DNA of 64,000 nt from Thermoproteota archaeon (GTDB lineage: Archaea > Thermoproteota > Thermoprotei_A > EX4484-217-1 > JAPDJV01). Where the stretch lies: positions 4,645 through 68,644 of the forward strand of contig JAPDJV010000004.1 in assembly GCA_029258925.1 (NCBI GenBank). The letters are read 5' to 3'. The translations under genes and the position numbers were made by a program. The notes below the pieces were generated by a model. It did not search any database, was not told where the DNA came from, and saw nothing but the letters and a program-made list of their open reading frames with translations. Positions 20,295 to 30,972 of this stretch are shown piece by piece (the first letter of the stretch is position 1; the number at the start of each line of letters is the position of its first letter).

Positions 20295-20594
20295 GTGTTA
20301 TTTTTAGCATACTGGGAACTGAACTCGGATAAGGACATAAGGGAAGTGGCCAAACTGGCAGGAGAGCTCACCAAGAGTGGGAAGTGGCCGGCTAAAGGCG
20401 TGAAGATACATGTATACACTATTACTCCAAGTATTCCACAGTGGGGTGTAACAATAGTTGAGGGTGAAAGCGAGGAGCAACTGTTCAATAATCTACTAGC
20501 GTGGATAACTGCCAAGCCCGGAATCTTCAAGACATATGAAATTGCCCCGGCACTACCCGTGGAGAAAGCCATTCCCCTAGCATTTAAATATTAA
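20295..20594 (+). CDS. DUF3303-like small protein
   Basis: MLFLAYWEL..WGVTIVEGESEE..W..PALPVE pattern. Confidence 0.6.
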   Translation: MLFLAYWELNSDKDIREVAKLAGELTKSGKWPAKGVKIHVYTITPSIPQWGVTIVEGESEEQLFNNLLAWITAKPGIFKTYEIAPALPVEKAIPLAFKY

Positions 20595-20712
20595 GGCTAT
20601 CCATGCCTTAACTCTTTTTATAATAATAAAAAATAATATTCTTCTCTCTAAACGTCGACAGTCTCCCCGAGTTACATGATTATTTCAAGTCTAACCACAT
20701 GTTCTCCAGCGT

Positions 20713-22427
20713 TTAAGATTTTTCCGCCACTATTTGTGTTAGAGACCTCTTCCTCACTTCTTCTAGCAATATTTTAGTGAATTCCTCTAACGGCATATCC
20801 TTGACCTGTATGTTGCCTCTGCCTCTAATAGTTACAGTATTGTTCTCAGCTTCTCTTCTCCCAACCAGTACTATGTAGGGTATTGCCTCATCGTATGCTC
20901 TCTTAATCCTCTTACTCAGCGTTTCCTCCCCGAAGTCTGTGTCGACTCTAATTCCATTACTTCTGAGGTATCCTGCAACTTTTTCAGCGTAGGGGATTAT
21001 GTCTCTGCTGACAGGTATGACTCTTGCTTGGATCGGAGATATCCATGTTGGAAGTCTTCCGCTGAAGTTCTCCAGAATTATTGCCATGAATCTCTCTATG
21101 CTTCCCAGGAGTGCCCTGTGGATCATTACAGGCCTCTTCTTCGACCCGTCTCTATCAACATATGTTAAATCGAATCTTTGAGGCAGGGCGAAGTCCACTT
21201 GTATCGTGCTGCACTGCCACCATCTTCCGAGGCTGTCCCTGAAGTATATGTCTATTTTGGGACCGTAGAAAGCCCCCTCTCCCTCCTTGACTTCGTAGGG
21301 TAGTCCGAGCTCCTCCAAGCTTTCCATGAGGACTTTGGTCGCCTTCTCCCACATCTCCTCGGTGCCGATGTATTCCTCAGGCCTTGTTGAAACATAGATT
21401 TTAATGTCTTCGCCGCTGAAACCGAATATCTTGAGCACTCCCATGACTTCCACGATTATGTTCTTCACTTCCTCGCCAACCTGGTCTTCTCTGAGAAACG
21501 CGTGTCCATCGTCCTGGGTGAATCCTCTAAGTCTTAGTAGACCGTAGAGTTCGCCTCTCTTCTCCCACCTATAGACTGTTCCGAACTCGCTTAGCTTCAC
21601 TGGTAGGTCACGGTAGCTTCTAGGCTTAGACTTGTAGATTAATATGTGGCCGGGACAGTTCATAGGCTTAATACCATATTCTTCCCCGCCTATTTCCGCT
21701 AGAACCATTTTATCCTTGTATAGATCGTAGTGGCCACTAATTTTCCACAGAAAAGCCCTGTAAACATGTGGCGTGTAGACTTCCCTGTATCCGAGCCTCT
21801 CATTAACCTCCCTAATAAGACCTATCAGTTCTTCTCTTATTATCTGGCCGCGTGGATGGTATATGACAAGTCCTTGACCAGCCTCCTCGTAGAAGCCGAA
21901 GAGGTCGAGTCTGCGACCCAGAACCCTATGGTCTCTCATACTGGCTTCTCTCAACCACTCCAAGTACTTTTCTAGTTCACTAGCAGACTTGAATGCTACA
22001 CCAGATAGTCTGAGGAGTTTTAAGCCGGGTTGTGGAGTGTGTGCGGAGATGTTGAGTATTTTAATTGCTCCAACCTTCTCAGGGGAGATCTCCACGTCTG
22101 GCTCAATATATGCATGGAATTCTCCAACTCTGTAGACACGGGTTCTCCCGAGAAATTCTACTAAGGGCTCTACTTCACTGCGGGCTTCAACTATTTCAAT
22201 ATCTCTCTCCTCGGCCTCAATGACCTTCAACTCTATTGCTTTAGAATCCTCCTCGCTGAGCCAGCTGTCTCCAACCGGTAAGAAATCGCAGTTGAAGCCT
22301 CTATCAGATATGCTTGAACCTAACGGCTTGAATTTTCCTTTGAAAAGCTCCGCGACAGCGTATTGTAGAAGTATTGATGCTCTAGCTAGGATTTGATAGT
22401 CTAGAAGGATTTCGATGTTTGGTGCAT
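20713..22427 (-). CDS. thrS: Threonyl-tRNA synthetase (catalytic type); start region appears frameshifted
   Basis: [50 protein letters not shown]. The frame is open upstream of 22230 but the SD-preceded ATG at 22427 is 1 nt out of frame. Confidence 0.92.
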
Positions 22428-22581
22428 TGGATCACCACTCTGAACATTATGGGAAGCTAGTATTAAAACCCTATGCTACAGACCCCGCAATTTAAAACAC
22501 TTGGTATTGGAGAAGTTCTTGAAAACCCTTTAATCCCCTCAAAACTTGTATATGCAATGTCTGGGCGCTCTGTTTAAGCTA

Positions 22582-23475
22582 TTATTTCTTCGCTTCTTTA
22601 ACCAAGTACTCCACTATTTTGCCTGCAATGTTCACTCTGGATACTGACTGAATGCCTTTCCAACCAGGCTGACTGTTCACTTCGAGAACACGATACTCTC
22701 CTCCATGTTCAACTATGTCTACACCAGCTATTCTGCAACCTATTATTTCAGCAGACCTCACCGCGAGCTCTCTGAGTTCCCCGGATGGTTTGAAGGGTTC
22801 CGGTATTGCCCCCCTAGCAATATTAGTCTTCCACTCCCCGCGCTTAACTTGTCTCCTAATCATTGATGCCACTACTTCCCCGTCTATCACAAATAATCTC
22901 AGATCTCTGCCCCCATGCTCTATGAATGGCTGCATATATGCTACTTTATGTATGAACTGTAGTTCTCCAAGTATTCTCCAAGCCTCATCGGGCTTCTCAA
23001 TGAGCATTGAACCCAGGCCCCTGGATCCGAACAGCGGTTTCAAGACCAGTTTGTTTTTCAGCTTGTCCACGTAGTTCATGGCAGCTCTGGGATTCTCTGT
23101 CACGAAGGTTTCGGGTACAGGTATGCCGTTCCTGGCTAGAACATGTAGTGTTCTAAACTTGTTTAATGCTATTTCAATAGAGCTCGGGGGATTGATTATT
23201 GGGATCCCATAATCTTCTAGGCCGTGTAGGAAGTCTAGTCTGAACATTGCTTCGTCGAGACTGCACTTCCCCAATGGTCTAACAAATCCAATGCCTAGCT
23301 CCTCAACTAAGTTAATTGTCTTATAGATGAATACCGTTTTCCCGCCGACTATGTGGGCACTAAGCCTCTTATAGCTTATTGGAACACATTTATGCCCCTT
23401 GTTCTCAGCCGCCCTACGTATACTATTAGTGGCCCATCCATTAATGTTCCTAGTGAAGACGCCTATTACTACCAT
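22582..23475 (-). CDS. RimK-family ATP-grasp alpha-L-glutamate ligase (MptN-like)
   Basis: KPLFGSRG, DLRLFV, WKTNIARG, AGVDI, LEVNSQPG; directly downstream of mch. Confidence 0.88.
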   Translation of the reverse strand: MVVIGVFTRNINGWATNSIRRAAENKGHKCVPISYKRLSAHIVGGKTVFIYKTINLVEELGIGFVRPLGKCSLDEAMFRLDFLHGLEDYGIPIINPPSSIEIALNKFRTLHVLARNGIPVPETFVTENPRAAMNYVDKLKNKLVLKPLFGSRGLGSMLIEKPDEAWRILGELQFIHKVAYMQPFIEHGGRDLRLFVIDGEVVASMIRRQVKRGEWKTNIARGAIPEPFKPSGELRELAVRSAEIIGCRIAGVDIVEHGGEYRVLEVNSQPGWKGIQSVSRVNIAGKIVEYLVKEAKK

Positions 23476-23504
23476 TACCCCACCTACTCTAAATAAAAAA
23501 TATT

Positions 23505-24464
23505 TTAATTTTCTTTTAATCCTATGCTTTCAAGGAATATTTTCGGATTCAGCTCTCCCGCCTGAATTGTTGCACCTGTTTCAACGTGTACGACTGCTAT
23601 TTTAGCTGGAGCAAACAGCCCCGGATCGATTTTATAGAAGTCTCCGCCAGCTTCCTCGAATATTTTAGAGAATGGCTTACCGTAGGAGGGAGAATTCAGT
23701 GAAGGTGTTTTCTCAACTATTTTCTTAAGCTTATAGAAATTCTCGTATGATATGTAGTAGTATGCTTCACCCATGTAGAGCTGTGCATCATTTGTTCTAC
23801 CCATGGCCTCGACGAATCTGGGGTGTCCCGGGGCAACTGGTGCTCTCCCTATGCCGGATACGAAGGAGTTTAATGGGAGGCCTAGAGTGTGCATTTTATG
23901 TATGCCTGTCTCAACTATTCTAGCACTTATTTGAACGCTTCCAGAAATACTCCGAGTCGGAGTTACTATCATGTATAGTCCTTCAGGGGAGACGCCCGTG
24001 CTATTGCAAAGGTATTCAACCACTTCCTCACTGGGTAATTCAAGAGATTCTAAAACTATCACTGTCTCGCTGCTCTCATCAGCATAGTTTAGTTCGTCGA
24101 ACAAATGCTTCGGTTTCTGGGAGAGTGCTCTAGCTGGACCGCTTCCCATAGCAAAATATTTCCCAACTCTTATAGACCAGCCAGCGTACTGGCTTGCCAT
24201 GCAGGCTATTGGAGGATTGTCTGTTGAAACAGTTACGTATGGTATGATCTTACCCTCTAAATCGCCCAGTGTAACAGATACTTTGCCAAGTCCTCCCATG
24301 CAGACTTCGGCTACAAGTCTTCCCGCCTCTAATCCGCCTCTAGCTCTCACTCCAGCATCTATGACTGTCGCACCCCTAATCTTCAACACATCTACTCGGA
24401 GCCTCCTAGCGTTGTCTAAGATTTTAGATATGATCTCCATTGCAAGCCTGTTAACACTTACCAT
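23505..24464 (-). CDS. mch: Methenyl-H4MPT cyclohydrolase
   Basis: ACMASQYAGW, FAMGSGPARAL, QISARIVETG, MGRTND, DFYKIDPGLFAPA. Confidence 0.97.
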   Translation of the reverse strand: MVSVNRLAMEIISKILDNARRLRVDVLKIRGATVIDAGVRARGGLEAGRLVAEVCMGGLGKVSVTLGDLEGKIIPYVTVSTDNPPIACMASQYAGWSIRVGKYFAMGSGPARALSQKPKHLFDELNYADESSETVIVLESLELPSEEVVEYLCNSTGVSPEGLYMIVTPTRSISGSVQISARIVETGIHKMHTLGLPLNSFVSGIGRAPVAPGHPRFVEAMGRTNDAQLYMGEAYYYISYENFYKLKKIVEKTPSLNSPSYGKPFSKIFEEAGGDFYKIDPGLFAPAKIAVVHVETGATIQAGELNPKIFLESIGLKEN

Positions 24465-25315
24465 GCTTCTACACCACCTACTTCAAGTAATTCTGCCAAT
24501 TCTTCAAGATACTTGTTTAAGTCTAGGTTTAAGTACAGTCTCCCCCTACCACCAACAACGCTGTCTCCTATCAACAACAATATTCTACCGGTTACAGCCC
24601 ATTTCCCCACTTTCCCCTTACTTAAAACGCTGTCAGGGTGGAAGCTTGGAAGAATTCTTGGAACAACTCCCCCAATAACTATTTTACCTTTAACCATTCT
24701 TGCACCTGGCAATCCATTGCAGCCCCCTCTAATAAATATTGATCCACCGATCATAGAGTATCCTGGCATTATCCCGGAGGATCCCTCGACAATTATTCTG
24801 CCCCCACTCATGCCCTCCCCTATGTAGGATCCAGCACTTCCATGTACTATGATCTCTCCTCCACTCATACCCTTACCGGGCTTCTCGCCTGGAAGCTTTG
24901 ACCCTAAATGGTCGCCTGCATTCCCGAAAACCTCTATAATGCCGTCTTTCATCTTTGACCCAAGCCAGGAGTCCGCGTTTCCCCTAACAATCATCATCCC
25001 GCCTTTCATCTTGTATCCTAGGAAGCAACCTGCTTCTCCCTCAATAATTATTCTACCCTCACTCATCTTGTAGCCAACATACCTGATCTTATTACTGCTA
25101 TCGATAATGAGTTCGACAGTGTCCTCGGGTTCAGGGCTACAGGAGACCTCGAATATTTCTCCTAACCTCAGCCTTGAATTCCCTTCCCAGACAGGTAGTT
25201 CGAGTATCTCCTTAATGCTCTTTCCCTTGATATTATCTGGGCTCATACTTCTCGCGTCAACTGGTACGTGGAATTCCTTCTTGGGTTGAATAAAGTATCT
25301 TGGCATGTACCGCAC
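24458..25315 (-). CDS. fwdC: Formylmethanofuran dehydrogenase subunit C
   Basis: GxxMxGG beta-helix repeats, VWEGN, LIGD. Confidence 0.93.
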   Translation of the reverse strand: MRYMPRYFIQPKKEFHVPVDARSMSPDNIKGKSIKEILELPVWEGNSRLRLGEIFEVSCSPEPEDTVELIIDSSNKIRYVGYKMSEGRIIIEGEAGCFLGYKMKGGMMIVRGNADSWLGSKMKDGIIEVFGNAGDHLGSKLPGEKPGKGMSGGEIIVHGSAGSYIGEGMSGGRIIVEGSSGIMPGYSMIGGSIFIRGGCNGLPGARMVKGKIVIGGVVPRILPSFHPDSVLSKGKVGKWAVTGRILLLIGDSVVGGRGRLYLNLDLNKYLEELAELLEVGGVEAW

Positions 25316-25318
25316 CTT

Positions 25319-27031
25319 TCATAAGAGTGTTTTCACGGGAATCTCCCTAGGCTTCCTGATCTCGCTGAGATCTACGATGAAGTTTGAGTACTGAATTGAA
25401 TAGTAGTATGGAAACATTTCCCTCACTTTATCAACAATAGTTTTAGACAGGTCTTCCGGGATCTCCGGTTTAACGTAGAGTGTCGAACCATAAGTTTCCT
25501 CTACTACTCTCCCCCCTCTAACAACTATTCTCCCGTCTTTGAAGACGTATTCTGCTCTCGATAAGGCTTTTTCAACGATCTTCCAGTCTCTCGAGGGATC
25601 CACTTTCCCCGGGTCGATATTGTATATTGCTATGTCTGCTTGAGCCCCTATCCCCAGATGCCCCTTGAAGTCTTCTAATCCCAAAAGCTTTGCTGGTGCA
25701 GCCCTTGTTGCTATAATTATGTCGTTGAAATCGAATTCCTCGTCTACTGCTGGTAGAGCAGTTTTCTTAAGAGCCCTCCTATTAACCTTCTTCATCTCCT
25801 CTTCTCTAGCACGCCTACTCATAAGCCACGCTATGACTCTAGGATACTTAGTGAATGGCCCTGCGTTCGGATGGTCTGTTGTAATAAATGTTCTCCAAGG
25901 ATCTTTCGTCAACAATGCTACTTCTAAACCTATAGTCCACTGAACAGTGTTAACATAGTTCCTTCTCCTATACCTGTAGGGGACTATTCCGGAAGCAGTT
26001 TCTGCTTCAACGTCTGCGAAAGCCCACTTCCACCTAGATATGTGGAATAATACGTGTTCGAAGGGGGCATCTGCCGTCATTGTTGTGACCGAACCGAATA
26101 TTATTTGACCCAGATCCACGCTGGCATTCCTCTGCCTCCTCAAAATCCTAGCTATTTCCTCTCCCCCGCTTCCAAGAGTTGCCCAAGTACTCCCCTTGTA
26201 CCCCGTGAACTGGACGTGAGTTATGTGCATGGATATCTTGTTTCCCGTAGAGTACTTGGAGGATAATTCTAGTGTTCTAGTTGTTGTCGAATAGTTGCCG
26301 GGATAGCCCAGTCTATTGCAGTGGACATGTATTGGGTGTGGCAGGTTTAGCAGGGTGCTTGCCTCCCCGAGCATCAATATTATTTCTCTAGGCGTCAAAT
26401 TGTATTCTGGAAGCTGTGTATCCAAGTCTATACCATACCCTTTCCCATATAGCCATGCTAGATCTGCTCCCGGGTCAACTATTTTAACTCCGTAACCCTT
26501 GGTTGCGTGGAGAAGCCAGGCAATGTAGCCTGCAAGCCCCTTCAAGTCTCCCTCTGAAATATAGTCTAGTGCGATCCAGTTCGAGTCCATTAATATTAGA
26601 GTCATCTTATCGATTATTGGAATAGAATCCAACTCCTCATGAGTATGCCTCGTTTTAAGCGGTGGACTAGCTGCCTCAACCACTGTCGTGTAGCCTAGGC
26701 GAGCATAACCGTAGCCTATTTTATACACGTTTGGAACAGTTCTCCCCGTCTGAGACCTTAGACCCATTTTCCCGGGGATGTTAGTGAGGTAGTGGTCTTC
26801 TACCATCATAACTCTGCCAGTGTTGACTTTGGGTCCAGCAATATGCGAGTGTACATCTATTCCTCCAGGAACGACCATCATTCCCCTTGCATCTACTACA
26901 ATAGTCTCCCTGGGGTCTAGGGATGATGGGTCAACTATTACCCCGTTCCTTAACCCTATATCAATTACCTCTCCCTCGACACCGTTTAGGGGATCGTAGA
27001 CTATTCCCCCTTTTATCAGGAAACTCTTCAA
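25319..27031 (-). CDS. fwdA: Formylmethanofuran dehydrogenase subunit A
   Basis: VYDPLNG, GGIDVHSHIAGPKVN, HVHCN, HITHVQF, TTDHPNAGPF. Confidence 0.97.
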   Translation of the reverse strand: MKSFLIKGGIVYDPLNGVEGEVIDIGLRNGVIVDPSSLDPRETIVVDARGMMVVPGGIDVHSHIAGPKVNTGRVMMVEDHYLTNIPGKMGLRSQTGRTVPNVYKIGYGYARLGYTTVVEAASPPLKTRHTHEELDSIPIIDKMTLILMDSNWIALDYISEGDLKGLAGYIAWLLHATKGYGVKIVDPGADLAWLYGKGYGIDLDTQLPEYNLTPREIILMLGEASTLLNLPHPIHVHCNRLGYPGNYSTTTRTLELSSKYSTGNKISMHITHVQFTGYKGSTWATLGSGGEEIARILRRQRNASVDLGQIIFGSVTTMTADAPFEHVLFHISRWKWAFADVEAETASGIVPYRYRRRNYVNTVQWTIGLEVALLTKDPWRTFITTDHPNAGPFTKYPRVIAWLMSRRAREEEMKKVNRRALKKTALPAVDEEFDFNDIIIATRAAPAKLLGLEDFKGHLGIGAQADIAIYNIDPGKVDPSRDWKIVEKALSRAEYVFKDGRIVVRGGRVVEETYGSTLYVKPEIPEDLSKTIVDKVREMFPYYYSIQYSNFIVDLSEIRKPREIPVKTLL

Positions 27032-27032
27032 A

Positions 27033-28817
27033 TTACTCCCCCCTAAGCCTCCTGACTCTGCTGAGTATTTCCAGTAGTATTCGGTGGTCTTCCATTACGC
27101 CTGTCGGCGGCTCGATGATTTTCTTAACTCTGAGGGGAACCCCGTCCATTCTATACGCTGTTCCCCCAGCTTCTACGCCGCTCATAGCTGAGGGTATGAC
27201 AACATCTGCTATCATAGCTGTTAGACTCCACTTGGGGTCGACGACTATTAATGGGATTTTCGAGAGGTTTTCAACTGCTTTCCGGGGGAAGTGGGCTACT
27301 GGATCGCTTGCAATTATCAATGCTGCATCAACATCTCCCCTGATCAACGCGTCCGTTGCTGTTGTGAGGCCCGGTATGAATTTCGGTATCCCCCTCATGA
27401 AGTCCACGCTAAACGGGTATCCTGTTAACCAGGTTGAAACTTGACATGCCCCTGTAACATTGTAGTGTCCCCTCATAGGTACGACTGTGAACCTCGTCCA
27501 ATCGTTTAAGTCGTGGGCAAGCTTGATTAACTCCTCTAGGCTCCTGTACCTGGGCTCGTTCATCGTGAGACCCATGCCGAAGAACCCTACGCCGTACTTG
27601 CAACTTCTAAGAGCATCGGCTAGCTCGTATATTTTCTCCCTTGGAACCCCTGCTACGGTGGATTGCTCTATATCTAGGTCTTTGACGGCCATTCTCAGAG
27701 CAGTTATGAGCTCGTAGTCTTTGCCGGGCTCAACCATTATGAATTCGTCTGCCATCCTAGCTGTAGCAGTTCTCCTAACATCTATGACTATAACTCTTCT
27801 ATCCTTCCTCCCCTTAACATGCTTCCCGCCCTCGATAACCCATCTCTTAAAGTGGTTTGGGTGGGCCTCGGCTGGATTACATCCCCAGAACAATATTAGG
27901 TCTGCTAGATGCCTCACTAATCCTAGGGTGCATCTCGCTGCACCGGCTTCCATAACGCCTATTGTCGTTGGGCCATGGCAGACAACAGTAGTGTTATCTA
28001 TTATTGCACCAAGGTATTCGGCCAACTCCACTCCAACAATTATTGCCTCGTTGACTGTTGAACTTAAACCGAATATTAATGGATGTTTTGATGAAGCAAG
28101 TATTTCAGCTGCCTTATCCAGTGCCTTGGGAAGCGTGCATTCTTCTAGGAGGCCGCTGGGACTCCTAATGTATGGTTTAACTATTCTATCCCTATGGTAA
28201 TTTCTTATCTTGGATGAGCCCAGCGGGCATGCTCCCACAACTTTTTCAACAATGTTACCGTTGAGGTGTACTTTGATGAAGTCGCACAGGTCTCCGCAGA
28301 AGGGGCAGACGAAGTCTTCTATAATCTTCTTCTCGCCCTCCCTTAAATCTAGTTCAACAGGGTGTGCATCAACTCTCCTACCAGTTATTATACTGACTAG
28401 CTCCTCCACGCTGGGGACTTGTTCCTCTGTTGGCCTTACTTTAGCTGGGATATTCTTGTACTTCGGCATTCCCGTTCCATCTGTTAGTGGGCAGACCACG
28501 GCGTTTGCCCATGGACCCATTGGGATAAAACCTGTGCCTCTAGGTAGACCTGGATCAATTGAAACGTTGACTACTATAGCACCATGTTCTGTTTCAACTC
28601 TCACCCTACTATTCTTCTCGACACCTATTAACTGGGCGTCTTCAGGGTTTAAGCTGAGTGTTGAAGCTGAAAGCCTGTACCTCCTACTCCTCTTTCCCTC
28701 AGCTTCCATGCTCATTCCTTGAACTAGACTCCTCCCCGTCACCAGCAATATTTCTAGCTGGCGCCTCTCCCCAAGCTTCTCTTCAAGCGCCTCCTGCACG
28801 ATGCTCGTTGAAGTCAA
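27033..28817 (-). CDS. fwdB: Formylmethanofuran dehydrogenase subunit D-B fusion
   Basis: N-terminal FwdD (TGRSLVQG..FIPMGPWAN..GMPKYK) followed by FwdB (CPFCGDLCD, TVVCHGP, WGCNPAEAHP, PMRGHYNV). Confidence 0.95.
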   Translation of the reverse strand: MTSTSIVQEALEEKLGERRQLEILLVTGRSLVQGMSMEAEGKRSRRYRLSASTLSLNPEDAQLIGVEKNSRVRVETEHGAIVVNVSIDPGLPRGTGFIPMGPWANAVVCPLTDGTGMPKYKNIPAKVRPTEEQVPSVEELVSIITGRRVDAHPVELDLREGEKKIIEDFVCPFCGDLCDFIKVHLNGNIVEKVVGACPLGSSKIRNYHRDRIVKPYIRSPSGLLEECTLPKALDKAAEILASSKHPLIFGLSSTVNEAIIVGVELAEYLGAIIDNTTVVCHGPTTIGVMEAGAARCTLGLVRHLADLILFWGCNPAEAHPNHFKRWVIEGGKHVKGRKDRRVIVIDVRRTATARMADEFIMVEPGKDYELITALRMAVKDLDIEQSTVAGVPREKIYELADALRSCKYGVGFFGMGLTMNEPRYRSLEELIKLAHDLNDWTRFTVVPMRGHYNVTGACQVSTWLTGYPFSVDFMRGIPKFIPGLTTATDALIRGDVDAALIIASDPVAHFPRKAVENLSKIPLIVVDPKWSLTAMIADVVIPSAMSGVEAGGTAYRMDGVPLRVKKIIEPPTGVMEDHRILLEILSRVRRLRGE

Positions 28818-28819
28818 TA

Positions 28820-29668
28820 TTATGGTCGCCTCGGCTTCTCCAAGAGCTTTTCCTTAACGAGTATTGTCCCGTCGGAGTGGTGCGGTTTTCTCTCCAACGT
28901 GTCACCGTATTTCTCTATCTCTCTTGCTTCATCAGCTAGTCTAGCCGCTACTCTCATGGCTTCGTGTGCTGCTGCAACGATTAAAGTGTACTTCTCCCTC
29001 TCCTTTACCTTGAAGCATCCCTCCGTTGTTAAATCGGCTACTCTTCTTGCAATCTCGTATGCTGCCATTGCTTTAGCTCTAGCATACGGGTTTCTGAATC
29101 CCGCTCTCTCAACAACCCACTTGTCCACAACGATCTTCGGTAAGACAGGTTTCTCCCCCTTCTTAAGTGCTTCAACAACCTTATCTATTTCCTCATATAG
29201 TAGTCTGAATACCCCCGTTATAGATAACACTTTTATGATGTCGCTGTTGTACAGTGCCATTTCAACTGGGTCGAGAAACTCTCTTCTAGCACCTATCATT
29301 GAGTCGCCTAACACTATTATGTAACCGAACCCCCTTTCCTCCAAGTCCCCCACTATCTTCTTCGTAGGCGCGTCTGAGATCACTATTACAGGTTTGCCTG
29401 CTGCAAGCAATATTTCCCTCGCTCTCGTTGGCCCGGGTAGTGTTGCATTAGGGCTTACGACAATGTATAAGTCGTGGTCTCCTCCCAGAGCCCTGTTTGC
29501 AACTTCTTCTCCATAGGTTTCGGAGAACATTTTCGCGCCTGTTGAATAAACTCTCACTTCAATATCTTTTCTATCGGCTCTCTCATCTAAGAGATATTCT
29601 ATTAGGACTGCTGATCCTATTGCACCCATTTTAACTACTCCAATACTTATGGGTTTTACTTCACCCAA
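28820..29668 (-). CDS. mtd: F420-dependent methylene-H4MPT dehydrogenase
   Basis: LLDERADR, SPNATLPGP, DSMIGARREFLDPVEMA, NPYARAKA, AAHE. Confidence 0.97.
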   Translation of the reverse strand: MGEVKPISIGVVKMGAIGSAVLIEYLLDERADRKDIEVRVYSTGAKMFSETYGEEVANRALGGDHDLYIVVSPNATLPGPTRAREILLAAGKPVIVISDAPTKKIVGDLEERGFGYIIVLGDSMIGARREFLDPVEMALYNSDIIKVLSITGVFRLLYEEIDKVVEALKKGEKPVLPKIVVDKWVVERAGFRNPYARAKAMAAYEIARRVADLTTEGCFKVKEREKYTLIVAAAHEAMRVAARLADEAREIEKYGDTLERKPHHSDGTILVKEKLLEKPRRP

Positions 29669-29718
29669 CCATTTCCACCTCCAAACACCATTACCATAAT
29701 TACGTGAAGCACGGGAAA

Positions 29719-30645
29719 TTACGGGTTGAATCCTTTTTCAAGAGCAAGCTTGATTGCATCCTTCAAGTAGATCTTATATGGGCCGAGGCTTCCCCCATAA
29801 TTGCCTGCATCTATCTTCACTATTCCAGGCACCTTGGAGGCTTCTATAGCTGCAACACCCATCGCTAAAGCGACGCTCTTAAGATTTAAACCATTTATTA
29901 CAATCTCGTATACGCAGTTCACGTTCTCCGGGATCTTAGTCTCCTCGACAATATCTCTTATTGTTGGACAATAATAATGGTTTGTTGTTGCACGGAGCTT
30001 GGGGTACTTTATGCTTCCAACCTTAGAGCCCGATCTAACTATGCCTCCCGGGAAAGGTGTTATTACATGCCTACAGTTTTCACGTATTGCTTTTACTGCT
30101 CTCTCAGCTGCTTCAAGCCCCGAATCCAAGCTTTCAGCGAGAATTAGTATATTTCCTCCGGCAACACCCTTAACAACCCCGAACACATCCTCTATTATGA
30201 ACTCTCCCTCCATTACCGGTATTCTCCAAATAGTCCTACCATTAAGAACATCCTTTTTCTCGAATCCATCTCCAAATTTAGCTAAAGCTCTCCCAACATG
30301 TATTTTCCTCTTAACCCTTGGAAGACCATCCCATGCTGCAGTTGTTGGACAAGTGAGTATTGTTTGCCCAACTCTAAGAGTCACCTGGCCTTTGAGCTCG
30401 GGAACACCTAGATGATAGATTTGTATGAGTGCTCCAATCCTCCCATCCGGAGTCTTCTCCCCCGGCACAATTCTTTCAATCCCTGCCTCAGCTGGACTCA
30501 TTATAATAGAAGTTGCAAAACCTGTTGCAACGCTTGCAGCCGTCAGAGCCCACTTTTCATTTCTGGCTGTAACAAGTATTCTGGTTGCATACATGGGGAA
30601 TGCCTCGGCAAAAGTATCCTCAATAATCACGTTATTAATTTTCAA
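29719..30645 (-). CDS. ftr: Formylmethanofuran:H4MPT formyltransferase
   Basis: IEDTFAEAF, ATGFATSII, TPDGR, LTCPTT, PFPGGIVRSGSKVGS, AGNYGG. Confidence 0.97.
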   Translation of the reverse strand: MKINNVIIEDTFAEAFPMYATRILVTARNEKWALTAASVATGFATSIIMSPAEAGIERIVPGEKTPDGRIGALIQIYHLGVPELKGQVTLRVGQTILTCPTTAAWDGLPRVKRKIHVGRALAKFGDGFEKKDVLNGRTIWRIPVMEGEFIIEDVFGVVKGVAGGNILILAESLDSGLEAAERAVKAIRENCRHVITPFPGGIVRSGSKVGSIKYPKLRATTNHYYCPTIRDIVEETKIPENVNCVYEIVINGLNLKSVALAMGVAAIEASKVPGIVKIDAGNYGGSLGPYKIYLKDAIKLALEKGFNP

Positions 30646-30649
30646 AAAT

Positions 30650-30970
30650 CAATCATCTCCGGACTCATATATTTAAATAAACGTTCATACACATTTTAAC
30701 ATAGTTTCGCAACGATATTAAAAGATTTTTCTTAAAGATAGACTAAGATAACACGTGTGAATTTTAGTAGTTATTTAACATAAAAATTTACACGAGCGTT
30801 TTAAAGGCATAAGCATTATACTAGTTATGAGCTTTAATGATGTAATATTAATATTGATAATACTTACATACGTTATACATTTAAGTTGTTAATGAAAAGT
30901 TTGTGCATTTTTAAAAAGTAAAATTATAGTAAAATATAAATTTAGTAAAATCTTATAATAATATATCGAT
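30650..30970. promoter_or_regulatory. AT-rich divergent promoter region between ftr and the DUF2193 gene
   Basis: About 320 nt very AT-rich intergenic region with TATA-like tracts between divergent genes; exact sites not resolved. Confidence 0.45.
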
Positions 30971-30972
30971 GG

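Noticed and set aside
24458-25100. Periodic sequence within fwdC
   Set aside because: Explained by the known GxxMxGG beta-helix repeats of FwdC
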